Part shown: one piece after another, positions 35,660 to 50,277 of the stretch
Numbering within the stretch: the first letter of the stretch is position 1
Layout of the letters: every line of letters begins with the position of its first letter
Assembly: GCA_016748015.1 (NCBI GenBank)
Contig: JAAOMT010000494.1
Coordinates: 488,190 to 552,189, forward strand
Direction: 5' to 3'
DNA: 64,000 nucleotides
DNA from: Geosiphon pyriformis uo1
Taxonomy: Eukaryota > Fungi > Glomeromycota
Notes under the pieces: generated by a model
What the model saw: only the letters and a program-made list of their open reading frames with translations
Database searches by the model: none
Told to the model about the DNA's origin: nothing
Position numbers and translations under genes: made by a program

Positions 35660-37503
35660 ATGTCTAAGAAGAAGGCACCTAAAGATGCTTTTCATGGTCT
35701 GGCTGGTAATTTCTTTGCACAAAAAAAGAAAGTTGTTTTTGGTAATGTAAAGCACTCAGGTAATGAAAAAGATATTTCTTTAAAGTCTGGTTCTAGTATC
35801 AGTATGTTTTCTGATGTGGAGAGTCTGTCTGGTGATGATGAGGATATGGGCATGAGTGTAGATGATGGTGATTCTCTTCTGGGTTCAGCTATGAATATTC
35901 CCAAAGCTAAGCATGTCAATTCTGGTGCAGATTTTGGCTTCCCTTTTGACTCTCTCAACTATATTATGGACAAAAAAGTAAAGTCTCTCCCATCTTCTCT
36001 TGTGTTGGCCTCTTTAGAAAAAAAGAAAAATAATTGGGTTGACCCTGTGGTTGTCAAAACTCGAGTGAATGCGCCTGTTAAAAAGTCCTTTGCCTTGGAT
36101 ATCAATTTCTCAGCTATGGAAGACAAATCAGCGATAGCAAAAACTCAGTACATAAGAAAGATTTTTTCAAAAATCAATGGTTTTGGGGGGATCACTACCC
36201 TCTTAAAATTTGAAGGGATTATCAGATCAACGTTTACATCAGAGAAAAGCATGAAGAAGGCCGTTTTATTGGCTGGTAAAAATGGAATCAACGTAAACAG
36301 TGATCTTAAGAAACAAAAAATTCGTTCAGATCAGGCCATAATGATTAAGGAAATTCCCATGAACACGCCTAAGGATATGATTGTCACCGCAGTAGCTGAA
36401 TTTGGCGAAATTAAATCAATCAAAATTCAACTAATTGGTTTATGGCAAAAGGCTGTAGTGGAATTCACCGATTCTAATCAAGCTGCGCAGTTGGCTTCAA
36501 GATGGTCATTCCTGATTGGAAAAGACTCGGTTCATGTGGCTATGGCCATGGAAGATCATAAGACTTGGGCTTCTAGGGACCAATTCAGGGCACTCCTGTT
36601 TATCTTGCCAATGGGAACAACTGCACATGATCTTGGTACTCTTTTGGATAGGGCTGGTAGGAAAACCTGCATCATTAATTAATCTTTGAACACTGGCAAT
36701 AGGGTTTATTGTGTTGTAGTTGGCTTTGAATCTGAGGAGGATTTGGATACTGCCTTTCATACTGAGCCTATTTTTAGTGGTGTGTGACTCTTATGGGCCA
36801 GATTGGATTTGGTTAAATATGAGAAGTGTGGGTGTTTTGGCTATTTGACTTTGAAGTGTGATGTATTGGTTGTGTCGTCTTCTGAGTTCTCAAGTTCATT
36901 CAAAAAGCCTGCTTCTGGTTTTGATTGTTTTCAGTTGGCCAAGTTGTACACAAAAAAAAAGGTTCTAATTTCTTGCCCTGCTGTCTTTGGTGACAAATTA
37001 TGGGCTCAGGTATTGTCTCTTGACTTCTCTTCTGGTGGCTCTCCTTATGGTTTTGGTTTGCTCTCTGGTGGTCCACCTCTCTCTTTGAGTTCTTCTGGTT
37101 CTCAAGTCAATGGATTGGGTGAGTGTTTGGCAGTTTTGAAGTGCTCTTTAGAAATTCTAGCAGATTAGGTTTCTGTCATTCTTAAAAAATTGAGTTTTAT
37201 TGAACTGGTGCCATTAGCGTTTCCATTTTGTGCTTCTCTTTTGGCTGTTTCTGTGCCTTCGGCTCCAGTTATGGATTCGGATATGGCTCTGGATGATATG
37301 TTGGCTTTGCCTACTTCTCCTTTTTAAGTGGTGGTAAATCTGCAGTTGGTCTTAATTCGAGTGGTTCAAAGGTTTTCACTTCCAAGTTGGGCAGTTTGGA
37401 GTCTAAAATGTCTGCTCTAGAGGCTTCGTTCAGTTCAATTATGGTGAGATTAGATCTTTTGTGTTCTGGTTTAGGTTTGTTCTTACCTCTGTCATCCCAA
37501 TGA
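35660..37503 (+). pseudogene. L3 ORF1
   Basis: MSKKKAPK..., RRM-like EIPMNTPKDMIVTAVAEFGEIKSIKIQ, knuckle relic YEKCGCFGYLTLKC, coiled coils. Start could be about 30 nt further upstream. Confidence 0.85.
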
Positions 37504-40500
37504 GTGGTCTGATTTGGAAATTTGCTACATGCAATGTTTGGGGTATCAATGTTCCTGCAAAACAGACAGACATTGTCCGTTGGCATGTGAGTTCTGGGAA
37601 TATGGTTTTCTTTATTGCTAAGACAAAATTGAGGTCCTCTTTTGGATTATGGATCAAGAACAAATTTGATGGGGTTCGGATTTTTACTTCTGGGTTGGAT
37701 ATTAGTTATTTCGGTGTTGGCATTGCTGTAATCATAAACAACTCTTTGGCTCGCCATGTTTCTAGGGTTGAGGAGGTTTCTGGTCATTTGATTTCGATTT
37801 GACTTTTGTTTAAAGGCAAGCTTTTGGTTACAATTTTGGGTTTGTATGCTGGTGCTTCTCCTGGGACTAAATTTGCTCAGGCTTCTGCAGTGAATTCTCT
37901 TATTGCTAAGGCTGTTAACTCCAGCACTTTTGTTGTTCTGGGTGGCAATTTTAACAAAAATGACTCTAGGAAGAGTGCAAGTTTTAAGTTCTGTTTGGGT
38001 TTGAGTTTAGTCAATTCTTTACTAAACACTCTTTGGTCAAAATGGCTACATGGAGCAATTCTAAGGAAGTGGAGAAGACAATTGATTTTATTCTTGTTAG
38101 TAAGACTCTATCTTCTGCTGTTGCGAAGCATTGTGTTAATTCTGTTTCTGATTTTTTTGATATGAATCACAAATCTGTCATGGTTTTGGTTGGCCTGGGT
38201 GGGCTTTTAGATGTTTAGCTGAATGGTTTGCATAAGCAGGCCAACAAAAATCATTGAAAGTTTAGGATCAAAGATACTGATGGTGCTGGGTGGTTCCGTT
38301 TTAAGGAATGTTCCTCTGCTAAGATGTTGAAGGTAAAAGGGAAGTTTTTTGGTGCTGCTGCTGGTCTTGATTTGGATGCTATGTGGTCTTTGCTGAAAAA
38401 GGTGGTAGTGAATTCTGTGAATGAAATATTTTCTAGACATTGGTTCTGTGATTTTCAGTGCTCGAAAAATAAACATTCTTCTAAGTTCCTGAGTTTGGAG
38501 TTGCTGGTTGCCAAGATAGTCAAATGCTTGACCTCTGTTGATACTTCTGGTTTCAATCAATTTGTGAAAAAATGGTCGGCTCTGGATGCTGGTAAAGCTC
38601 TCATTCTGGTAGACATGGTTCATGGTGGCCAAAAAGTGAAGGACCTTCTTAGTTATTTGTCACTTGTCAGAAAGGAGTACAGAAAATCTAAAATGTTTAA
38701 GTCAAAGTTGTTGCAAGAGGCTACTATTAGAAAGGCTATTGAGAAGCGTATGGAACAATTTTGCTTGGACAAGGGAAGTATGATTAAGAGTGTTCTGGAT
38801 CAGCCATTTTGAAAGGTGGTGTTGGATTACTTGGTGGTTAATGATGAGTTGATATTGGAGCCGGAGGAGATCAGATCAAGTGTTGACAAGATTATGGAGG
38901 GTTGGACACAGAAGTGTGTGATGCCTACAGTGCTGCCTGATCTCTGGGCTCATTAGTATGCACCTTTGAATTATGTTAGGGATGATGCCTTTTCTAATGT
39001 AATGAGTACGATTAGCATGGGTGAATTACTTTTGGTTACTTATAGTTTTCTTAATAGCAAAGCTGCTGGCTTGTCTGGCATTCCCAATGAACTTTGGAAA
39101 CATGGTTGTGGTGAGGTGCTGGAATGCCTTTTGGTGTTGCTGAATGTGTACTTATCTGTTGGCATGGTGCCTGCTTTTTGCAAAAGGACGTGGGTCTCAA
39201 TAATCTCAAAACCTTATGATTAGGATGAAATTCTTATAAACACTAGACTTATTGCTTTGATTGAGACTGCCAGAAAGATTTTGTCTAAGATTTTGTCTGA
39301 TTACATCTCTTTAGCTTGTAGTAAGTTTGGTGTTCTATAAGATGATAATTTTTCGGTGCTTCAAGGTACTTCTACGCAATCTCCAGTGTTTGCAGTTGGT
39401 TCAGTTGTGGAGGATGCTCTTGAAAAAAATAGGGAAATTTGGTTGGTTTTGCAGGATATGTGGAAAGCATATAATTCTGTTGGTTGGTCTTACTTGAGAG
39501 CTAGTTTGCAGCACATCAAAATATATGAAAAGTTTATTGGATTTTTTGGAAACATTCACGAGGATAGGATTAACAGGGTGATGACTGATTTTGGCTTGTC
39601 AGATGGCTATAGTATACATAATAGATTAAACCAGGATGAAGTTTTTTTGCCTTTCTTATAGAGGATTTTCTATAATCCACTCTTATGCAAAGTGAAAAAA
39701 CACGAGCATTTGTGTGAATACTGTGTTGATTCTAAGTTTGTTGCAAAAACGGGCAGAGTTGAGGGTGTGGGTGAGATAATGTCTTACTTGGCTGCTGGTG
39801 CATTCGTCAACAATACAATTTGGATTGAAAATTGTCAGGTCTCCACTCAGTACACTTTGAACATTGCCAGTGAGTTTTTTGAAATCAATAATATTTCTAT
39901 TAATAATAATAAGACGGTGGCTATTTCCATTAACCAGGATGTTAGGGTTGTCTCTCTAAGTATTTGTGGTCAGCCAATCTCAATTGTTAAAAAGGGCGAA
40001 GCTTATCATTATCTGGGTATTTTCTTGTCTACGGAGAGTTTGTTTAAACCTAGTGTGTCCAAAGCTCATTCTGATGTTTGTTTTTTTGTTAACGTCGTGC
40101 TCAGGAAGGCTATCACAGATAAACAGTTTTCATATTTGGTCTTGGCTGTCTTGCAGCCTATTGTTAGTTATCAGACTCAATTTAGTTTTGTTTCATCTGA
40201 TGTTTGTCACAAATGGGATGTTATGGTTAGAAAGAGTTTTAAGTCTAAGGCTGGTTTGCCTCATGATTTTCCGGATGCTGTTTTACATCACCCTTCTTTG
40301 TATGGCTTGAAAACTTTTGAACAAGTACAATCTGAAGAGAAGATTGCTGCTTTGGTGTCCTTTTTTAATGCCTCTGGGGTCCTTGGACATTTGTTCAATC
40401 ATAGGTTTTTAGACTTGCAAGTTTTTGGTTGGGCTCCTCTGAATTCTTTGCAGTTTTTTGTCAAGCTGTGTGTTAGTCCAGTCAACAACTTTTTGGCTGG

Positions 40501-42190
40501 GATTGTGAAGATTTTTTTGAGTAATAAGCTTTCTTTGGCTAACAACCTTCCCAATGCCTTTCGCAGTCTAGATCATTTTCCACTTTCATCAATTCTTGGT
40601 AGTTCTAAGTATTTTAATTCTGTTCGCTCTCTGAAGCATTTTGGGGTTGCTTTTGGTGATCAGCTTTTGGATAAGAGAGACCATGTGCTAGATTAGAAGA
40701 CCTTTTGTTGTTGGAAGAGATTGAACTCATGGGGTTCCATGCCATGCTGGTTCTTGGTCGTGTCCGAGTTTATATTGGTTTAGGGCTTTTCTGCTTCCAG
40801 TTCTGCTGGTTTTGCTCAGTCTGTTGATATAAACATTTTAAATTCTGATGTGTTTTCTCTGGTGAAAGATGGGTTGCATGATATCTGGTCTAGTTGCTTT
40901 GAGGTGTATACTGATGGATCTTTGAGAAATGCTGGCTTGGTTAATGTTGCTTGTGGTGCTGCTGCATATTTTCTGGTTTTGGATAAAAATGTTGGTGTTG
41001 TGGTTGGTGGTCTATTATCCTCTATTTTGGCTGAGTTGCAGGCTGTTGTATTGGCTCTTGAGTGTGTATCTTTCTCTTGTCAGGTAATTTTGCATATTTA
41101 TAGTCAAGCTGCTATTGATGTCTACTTGTTGGAATTGTCTTGTGCCATGCCTGATTTTCGTAATCGGTACTGGTTGGAGAGACATCATATTTTCAATTTG
41201 GTTAGAGAAAAAGATTTTGAAGTGGTTTGGGTTAAAGTTAAGAGCCATTTTGGTGTTTCAGGTAATATCAAGACTGATTTGGCAGTTGGGGAAGCTGCTC
41301 AATCTCCTTTCTCTTTGTTGATAAGGGTTCATAAACATTATTTGGTGGCTGATAACACAGCAATCTCTGGCAATGTCTACTACTTTGTAAAAGACATTTT
41401 TTGATCTATTAATCATGCTCACTGGGAGGCTGGGCCTGGTGTAGGTGTGGTACCTGTTGATTTAATTGGGTGTGTAGACTGGATTTCTACTGCAAAGATT
41501 TGGCATCTGGACTTTTATATGCTTGCTGAATTCACTGGTCAGAAAACTTCAAACTTGTGCTCATATTTGATAAAGGCTGTGTACAGGCATCTTCTGGTAG
41601 CTGTTTAGAAAAGACTATATGATAAGAGTTATTCTGGCATATTGTGCCTGCTGTGTGGTAAAGTAGAATTTTCTGACCATGCCTTCACATGCTCTCAGGA
41701 TGTTGTTATTCATGATGAGATTCTGGTTGAGGCTTCTGTTTGTTGGGTTTTAGTGGCAGATCTTTGTGACTCATTGTCTTCAGCTGTTTTGCAGATGTTG
41801 TCTGCCTGTTCTTTGGATGTTAGTTTGTATTCTATTGTGTGCAAAGGCTTTGTGCTGAATGAATGGTGTGAAGAGGCTCAGGGTGTATTTAATGATAAGA
41901 AGCAGGCCATTGGTGAGATTGTCAATTTTGTTAAGTTTGTAACTGATTTACATCATGTAAGGGTGTGGTTGGTGAGGTCTGAGCACAGAATGCAGATAGA
42001 GAAGACTGGTTTGGTTGCTGATAGTGGAGTTGTTTCTGGTTTGTCTCATGATGTTTTTTTTATATTGTCTGATAGAATAGTTAGAATGCTTGGTGTGGTC
42101 GATTCATTTGCTATTAGCTTTGGTTGTCATTTGCCATGCTGTTTTTTTTCTGGTCTAGATGGTGTTGTTAGTGTCATTATAGGTGTGTAG
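37500..42190 (+). pseudogene. L3 ORF2: APE-RT-RNase H-zinc finger
   Basis: ATCNVWG, GGNFN, TIDFIL, QDMWKAYN, AFVNNTIW, YTDGSL..AELQA, CLLCGKVEFSDHAFTC. Confidence 0.93.
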
Positions 42191-42690
42191 TATTGCTTTG
42201 ACTGGCCTAAGTGGCTAGTCATATGTAGTAAGTGCATAAATTGTATTTAGTTTGGGTCACTTAGTTTGGCTTTATGTACTAGATAGCAGTTGGACTTTAT
42301 TCATTAAAAGCAATAAAATAAAAATAAAATAAAAAACAATACTATTAAATATACAAATATTTAATACTGTTAAATTTTTAATTAATTCAATTATAAAAAA
42401 ATAAATTAAAAAATATTTTAAGTCTAATATGTATTTTAGTTTTTGACAAAAATAATATAAATTCTTAGATTTTATTAATAATACTGTTTTTATAAATATT
42501 ATAAATAAAATTAAACAATTTAAATTTTTGGTAGTTGTAAAGTTTTTTTCTAATAATAAAACAGTTGGTTTTGTATTTCAAATAAACTATAAAAAATTTA
42601 TAAAAAATTTAGTATTAATATGCTTTTGGTCTTAAAATTTGTTTTTGCTTAATAAAAAAGTACTTATGTATTAATAATTTCTAAATCTTA

Positions 42691-43175
42691 TTTTTTTTTT
42701 ATTCATTTAATAAGTGAGATCCAAATGCAACCTAGTGCTATACATTATTTAAATGACCTAAACTAGAAGCAAATCATGCACTTTCTACACATGACCAGCC
42801 ACTCGGGCCAATCAGAACAACACTACACATCTATATGCACAGAGACCAAATTCCCAACACCTGAAAAAAATGAACAAGATTTATGATAACCAAAACTAAC
42901 CCCAAAAGCTTTAGCTACACCCAGCAACCTAACCACACCAGCCGAGAATTTCATAGGCAAACCAAAAATTAACATGGGAGCAGAACTGTCACAAGGAATC
43001 AAACCACGCTTTTCCATAAAGGCCCAATGTTTGGCACAGACCAACCAGATATCCTTCCAAAATGTGAGACAAAAGTTATGCACAAAGTCCACAATTTTTT
43101 TAGTCCCAATTTTAGGATTATTAAAAACTGAGACAGACTTACGATACCAGTCACAAAAAACAAAGCCCTTACAAA
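42691..43175 (-). mobile_element. 5'-truncated LINE fragment (ORF2 C-terminus, 3' UTR, poly-A)
   Basis: ORF 42823-43092 matches the ORF2 C-terminus of L4; 3' hairpin and A tail present. Confidence 0.9.
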
Positions 43176-43774
43176 ATCTTATAACTAAAATAAAATTTTT
43201 ACCAATAGTTATTTAATTGTTTTAATTAAGACAACTTGAAAAATTTTGTTTAAGATTTTGTTTAATTATATTTTTATAATTTATAATAAGTTTAATATTT
43301 TTTAAAAATATAATTTTTTAGTATTAAAAAGTATTTTCATATTTTTATTGGTCTTTATTATTAATATAGTTATAAAAAATACATAAAAAAAATTAAAAAC
43401 TATAGCTGATTTTACAAAATATAAATAAAACATATAATTTTATGATTTTATTTTAAAAATAATTTGTTAAAAATTAAGATATATAAAAAGTTTTTTGGAT
43501 TTTTTGGTAATATTTATAATAATAGAATCAATTATATAATTAATTTTGGTTTAATAAATAAATATAAAATATATAATAGACTAAATTAAAGTAAAATTTT
43601 TTTGTTTTTGTTTTAGAAATTTTTTATAATCTTTTTTTATTATTATTATTATTATTATTTTACGAGTGAGGTCCAAATGTTATCTAGCATTATACATCAT
43701 ACAAATAATCTAAACTAGGTGTGAATCATGCACTTTCTACATGTGACCAGCCACTCGGGCCAGTCAAAACAACA

Positions 43775-46700
43775 CTACACACCTATATGCACAGAGACTG
43801 TGTCCCCAATACCCAAAAAGAACAAACAAAGCTTGTAAAACCTGAAACTAATCCCAAAAGCTTTAGCAATACCCAACAGCCTAATCACACCAGCCAAGAA
43901 TGCCACAGGCAAACCAGAATTGACATGGAAATGGACCCATCATGTGGAATCAAACCACGCCTCTCCATAAACACCTGGTGTTTGGCGCAGACCAACCAGA
44001 TGTTATTCCAAAATGCAAGACAAAACTCATGCACAAAGTCCACAATCCTTTTAGTACCTTCCTTAGAATCTTTAAAAACCGAGACAGACTCCCAAAACCA
44101 GTTATTGAAAACAAAGCCCTTACACAGAGCAACACCAATTCCAACCTCAGAAATACTAAAAGCCAACACCTGTAAGACACATAAAGAAGAGCGAGATAGA
44201 CCAGAAAGAGCCTCCCAAGCTGAAACATGAGTGTCCAACAAATGAGCATGGCCTGCGGCATCCTAAGGACATGAAAAGACGTGATCTGAGATCTCAACAT
44301 TACCACAGAACAGACAGACCACACTGAGGTATCTCTTATCATATAAATGCTTGCACACAGCAACAGAAAGCCAATAATGGAGAGCCTTCATAAAGTAAGT
44401 GCAACAGCTTGCCATGTGCATACTGGTGAAACTGGAGGCCAAATGAGAATTGGTGTACCATACCATAGAAAACTTAAACCAATTGATATCAGCACACAAA
44501 CTATCAGCCACAACACAAGAACCAACTCCAAACTTCCAACGAGCATGATGAACTGATTAGAAAATATCGTAAACAAAGTGTCTAGAATTACCAAAAACTG
44601 CTGTACCACCAGTGCATAGAAAACGTTCACTAACTAAATGAGACAGATGCCAAGCAGAGAGAGCAGTATCTTTGACAAGTGCATCAGCATGCTTATTGTC
44701 TGAGACATCTGAATGATCTTTTACCTTAACCCAATTCACATCCAAATTCTTTTAACAAATAATAGTAGCAATGTGGCAATGCTTGATCCAACAGCGGTTC
44801 CTGAAATCTGGATAAACCAGTGAAGACTCTGACCTACATGCATCCAAAGCAGCTTGGCTATCCAAAAACAAGTCAATTGAATGAGAAGAAGGAACACACT
44901 CAAGGGCCAAAGCTATGGCTTGTAGCTCCGTCAGAGTAGAAGAAACCAAACCAGACATCCCAACCCTCAAACTCAAGTTAATGTCTTCAAAAAAAATAAC
45001 AGCACTTGCTTTGATGTCAACAGTGCCCAGACCAGACAGAGATCCATCTGTATACACAGAAAGGTGGGCAGCATCAGCGGTCAGCAGAGTGTCACAAACC
45101 ACACCAAAATCATGAGAGAGACAAATATCTGACACAGCATGACCATCCACCAAAAAAAAACTTGAGGAGAGGAGACCAACACCACCAAGAAAGCGAATGG
45201 AAAGATCAAACCAGAAAGAGATTGGGCCACAAAAGTCTAGCCTCTTCCAATGCTTGAAGGCTCTCCAACTGAAAACATCACCATTACAGTCATGAAGCTG
45301 TTTCACAAAAACAATTCCATAATGTCTGAACGAAGAGACACACCTAAAAAAACAGAGTTCACCAAGAACCAAAGACATAGGAGTACTGTATTGATGGCGA
45401 AAAGCACAAGCCAGAGAGCCATCCAAAGACAAATCACATCCAGAAAAAATACAAACCACACCAGCCAAAAAATTGTTTGAGAGATTGACATCAATACAAA
45501 ATGAAAACAGTAAAGGATGACACAGGCGCCAGCTGAGAACTTGAAGATCATGAGACCTATGAGAAAAAAAGTGACCCAAAATACCAGCAGAATTTGTGAA
45601 AGTAACAGTGGATGCCAATTTACTCTCAGCCTGAATCTGCTCAAAAGTCTTTAAATCATACAATGAGGAGTGGTACAGTGCATCATTGGGGAAATCATGG
45701 GACAACTCAGACTTAAATTTTAAGATCTTGCATACTAGAGCATCTCATTTGTTACAAACATCCACAGAAATGAAACTGAACTGAGTCTTATAGCTGATGA
45801 TGGAAAAAAGAACTGCAGACACCAAATATGCACACTGCTTATCAGAAACTGTCTTTCTTAAAACTAGATTCACAAAAAACCGCACATCTGTCTGGGCTTT
45901 AGCTAAGCTGGGCTTTGAAAGACCTTCAGAAAATAAAAAATGCCTAAATAATGATAAGATTCCCCTTTCTTGGCAATAGAAATAAGCACACCACTGATAG
46001 TCAAATGAGGGTCCAACACCCAGCAATTGATGGGGATGGCCACCATTTTGTCATTATTTACAGAAATATTATTAAACTTGAAAAACTCACTAGCAACATC
46101 AAGGATGTGTTGTGTAGCAGCCTGGCTGCTACCTACTCAAATAGTATTATCGACAAAAGTGCTGACAGCAAAAAACAAAGACAGTCCAGCTTGAGAATCC
46201 ACCCGGCCAGTTATGGATATAAAATAAGAATTCAACCTATAGCGATATACACTATCCTGTCTTTTGACTTCACACAAGAGTGAATTATAGAATATATGCC
46301 AGAGAAGAGAAGAGAAAACTTCCCTTTGGTTCAGCTCATCATGAACACAATATCCATCAGTTAGGCCAAAGTCAGTCATTACTTTGTTAATACAACCATT
46401 GTGAATGCTGTCAAAAAATCTAATAAACTTATCATACATCTTAATCCTGACCAGACTTCTCCTGAGATGTTTCCAATTGACTGAGTCATAAGCCTTATGC
46501 ATGTTTTGTAAAACCAACCAGAGTTCTTGGTTTTTCTCCAGGGCATCTTCAATCACTGAACCAACAGCAAAAATGAGAGACTGGGTTGTTGTATCTTTTA
46601 GAACTGAAAAATTGTCTCCGCAAAGGACATCAAAAGTGCTGCAAGCCGAAGAAATCCTATCTGAAAAGATCTTGAAAAGAATCTTGCAGGCTGTTTCAAT

Positions 46701-48448
46701 TAAAGCAATAGGATGAGTGTTCATGAAAATTTCCTCCCATTCATACAGTTTAAGAATTATAGAAACCCAAGCTTCTTTCCAAGGTCCAGGAACTGACTTA
46801 CTAACTAAACACAGATTCAAGAGCACCAGAAACATATCCAAAACTGATTTGTCACAACACTTCCACAATTTGTTAGGGATACCAGATAGACCAGCCACCT
46901 TCCCATCAGGAAGATTCTTGACAACTGCTGACATTTTATCAAAACTAATTGAACACATAACACCAGAAAAAACACCATTAAAAACATACTCTAAAGGCCG
47001 ATATTGGTAAGCCCAATCTCTGGAGATATTAAAAACCACCCTACATTTCCTGGTCTACCCCTCCATGATTTTATCTACCTTCGATTTGACAGAGTCAGGC
47101 TCCAAAATCAACTCATCTTCTGTAACTAGATGATCCAAGACCACCTTGTAAAAAAAATACTCCAAAACACTCCTGATGGTGTGACTCTTGTCCAGTTCAA
47201 AACTTTCCATCCTCTTACTAATAGCCTGCTTGATTGAAGATTCCTTAGCATGTTTAGATTCTAACAACTTAGAAGCACAGTACAACTTTCTCGCTTTGGC
47301 CAGCGCAGAACAAATAAGATCGAAACCAGAACCTGAAAGAAACAGAGACTTTACCACCAATGCACCAGAGGAATCAAGCCTGTGCCATACTTCTAACAAA
47401 GCAACAAACTCTTCACTAAAAACCAAACATAAAGCCTTGACCAACTTTGAAACCAGCAATTCTAGCTTATAGAACCTAGAAGACACCTTGGTAAAAATGC
47501 TATCAAAACCCTTGAACCACTTCTTTTTAAATGTACCATCTGCAGAAAGAATCATGATCTTGCAAACAATGTCCCATATAGTGTCTATATCAAAAAATTT
47601 CACAGCAGCACCAAACACATCCGAAAACATAGAGGCATTAGCAGCTGAAGTGTCTTTGAACTCCAACCACTTAGCTCTATTGGCATTCTTAATGTCAAAT
47701 TTCCAACAATCCCTGATGGCCTGTTTGCACAATGAAGAAAACTGCACATCCAACAATCCACCTATACCCACAGACACAGAAACAGCCCTATGATCAGTAT
47801 CAAAAAAGTCATTAACACCAGCCATACTGCGATCCACAACCATGTTAATCAAATTAAAGAAGACAAAAACATAGTCAATTGTCTTGGTGACACCACGAGA
47901 ATTGCACCAAGTTGAAGATTTCACAAATGAACTCCCACCCAAAGAGTTAACCAAATCCAAATTGAAACACTTTTTGAAACTGGCACATTTGTGAGAACCA
48001 TTCTCATTGAAATCACCACCAAGAATGATGAAGGAAGATTCATTCACTGCTTTAGTAATAAAAGAGTTGATATCACCAGCCTGAGAGAAACAAACCACCG
48101 AGGAAGTGCCAGAATTGACACAGAAAGCTTGTTTTTAAAAAGCAGTCTTATCAACAAGAGCCGACCAGGCACCTCCAAAACCTTGCACATATGTCTTGCC
48201 AATGAAAAGTTCAAAATAATAGCAACACCAGATCTTATGTGACCAGTATTCAAACCAGAAGTAAAAACACAAACACTATCAAACTTATCAATGATCCAAG
48301 GACGAACCTTTCCCTACAACTTTGTTTCAGTGACAATAGAGACCAGATTGTTCATATTCTTATGTCAACAAACAATATCTGTCTGCTTTGCACAATTGTT
48401 CATACTTCTGACATTGCATGTTGTAATCTTCCAAATTAAATGAGTCAT
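43775..48448 (-). pseudogene. L4 ORF2: APE-RT-RNase H-zinc finger
   Basis: GGDFN, TIDYVF, DTDHRAV, QNMHKAYD, FVDNTI, YTDGSL..TELQAI..DSQAAL, CLFC..E..DH.F.C. Confidence 0.93.
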
Positions 48449-50277
48449 TGAGAAACTGTGAGAGCTGACAAACCCAAACTAGAGCACAAAAAATTCAACT
48501 TATCCAAAACCAAACCAACTGAAGCTTCTAAAGTGACCAATTTTGTCTCCAAACTGTCTACCTTGGCAGTAAGAACCTTGGAACTACTAGTGCTGAGATC
48601 AACAACAGCATTATCAGTGACAGGGAAGGTAATATTAGGAAAACCCAAAGCATTATCCACAATCATATCTGAATCCACCTCAGAACCCAAAGCTGCAGAA
48701 GCAACAGAAGAGGAGACCAGGGAAGAAGGAACCAAAGGAACCATACCAAAGGAATTCAACCTAACCAGGATGCCAGAAACACGGTCAGCCAAAAGCTCTA
48801 AAGAGCACTCCAAAACTGCCAAACAATCACCCAAATAAGAAACAACAAGAGGATCAGAGACTGCTGAAAGAGAAACCAAACCAGAACGCAAACCAGAACC
48901 AGAAGAAAATGCACAGAAGGGAGTGCCACTAGCAACTTGAGCTCATGTCTTGTCACCAAATGAAACCAGACAGACAATAGGAGCCAATTTCTTCTTATAT
49001 ATACCAGCCAGGCAAACCCGATCATGATCAGAAACCACCCTCTTCCTATGAATACCAGAACTTCCACCCACAGAACAGTTGACAGTGATATGACCAAATT
49101 GTTCATACTTGGCACAACTAGCCAAAACAAGACTAGCCCAACACAAACTAATATTCTTAAAAATTGGAATGGTACAAACAGCAGCCAATCTGGCAGCTTT
49201 ATTTTCAAAACAAATGATTGCACACCGATTGTGGACATATGAACTGGGATTGCAGCCAATGAAACAAGTCTTCCCATCATACGACATCAACAAATCAAAC
49301 AAATCATGAACAGAAGTACCTATGGGCAAAGTATAAAGCATAGCCCGATGTCGATCCCTAGATATCCACATTTGTTTATCACTAACAGCCAGTGCTACAC
49401 GAACTGAATTCTTTTTCACAAGAACAGACCACTTAGAAGTGACCAAACTGACAACTTCTAATGACTTAAATTCAATCCAAGTCTTTTGCCAAAGACCAAT
49501 CAATTGCATTCTGATGGAAACAATCTTGCCAAATTTAGAAAAAACTGATTTCACAGCCAACTTTGAAAGATCTACTGGGATCTCCTTAATGACCACTTCC
49601 CAATTCAAATGAATGTTTGCTTTTTTAAAATCACTATTGACAACAATTTTCTCACAGACTACTATTTCCCTGGCCTTAATCAAACTAGACTTATTTGTGA
49701 AGATCAAACAAATAATACCAGGAAATTTTGAGGAAGTTAAAGCTCCCCCAAAACCATCGATTTTGTAAAAAAGTTTTTTGATTGAAATGAGCTTATCACT
49801 ATTAGTATTTCCAGGCATAGCAGACAATTCCACATCCAAAGCGAATGATTTTACTGGCTCAAAGCTTTGCTTTTCCATAACACATGACTTGACAGACAGT
49901 ATCTGATTGGAGCCATTAAACATTTTTGGAGATAAAAGACTTAGTGTATTCTTATTATCTCTCATGGAGTCAAATGTTGGAGCTTTCGGAGGTTTGCCTA
50001 GCACGTAAGTATGGGTCCGGGTTTTTCTTGGCATAGCCTTGTTCATTTCGTCGTCTTCACCGGATTCTACATAGCTTGTTTTTTTGGCAATAATGTTCAC
50101 CATGTTCTCTACATCCAACACCCTACTCATACTTAACTTGTCATTTTCAACTTCGTTTCCCCAAGATACCTTATGTTCTTTATCACCCAAATGTAACAAA
50201 GCAGTAGGCAGAGGGCCAGCAAACAAATTCACAACTCCACCAGTGACCTCAGATTTCCTAGGTTTCTTATACGACAG
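48445..50277 (-). pseudogene. L4 ORF1 (main part; N-terminus at 60385-60499)
   Basis: ORFs 48943-50232 and 48445-48891; CAKYEQFGHITVNC knuckle relic. Confidence 0.87.

Larger units (their letters stand above)
35493..42326 (+). mobile_element. Full-length LINE L3 (decayed) with (TAAAA)n tail
   Basis: ORF1, ORF2, 3' UTR and tail present; candidate TSD AAATAAAAAACAA at 35480-35492 and 42327-42339 (low complexity). Confidence 0.93.

Noticed and set aside
43721-49309. Numerous plus-strand ORFs opposite L4 (and similar antisense ORFs over the other TEs)
   Set aside because: Shadow frames of LINE/Gypsy coding sequence, with no conservation between copies and no motifs.
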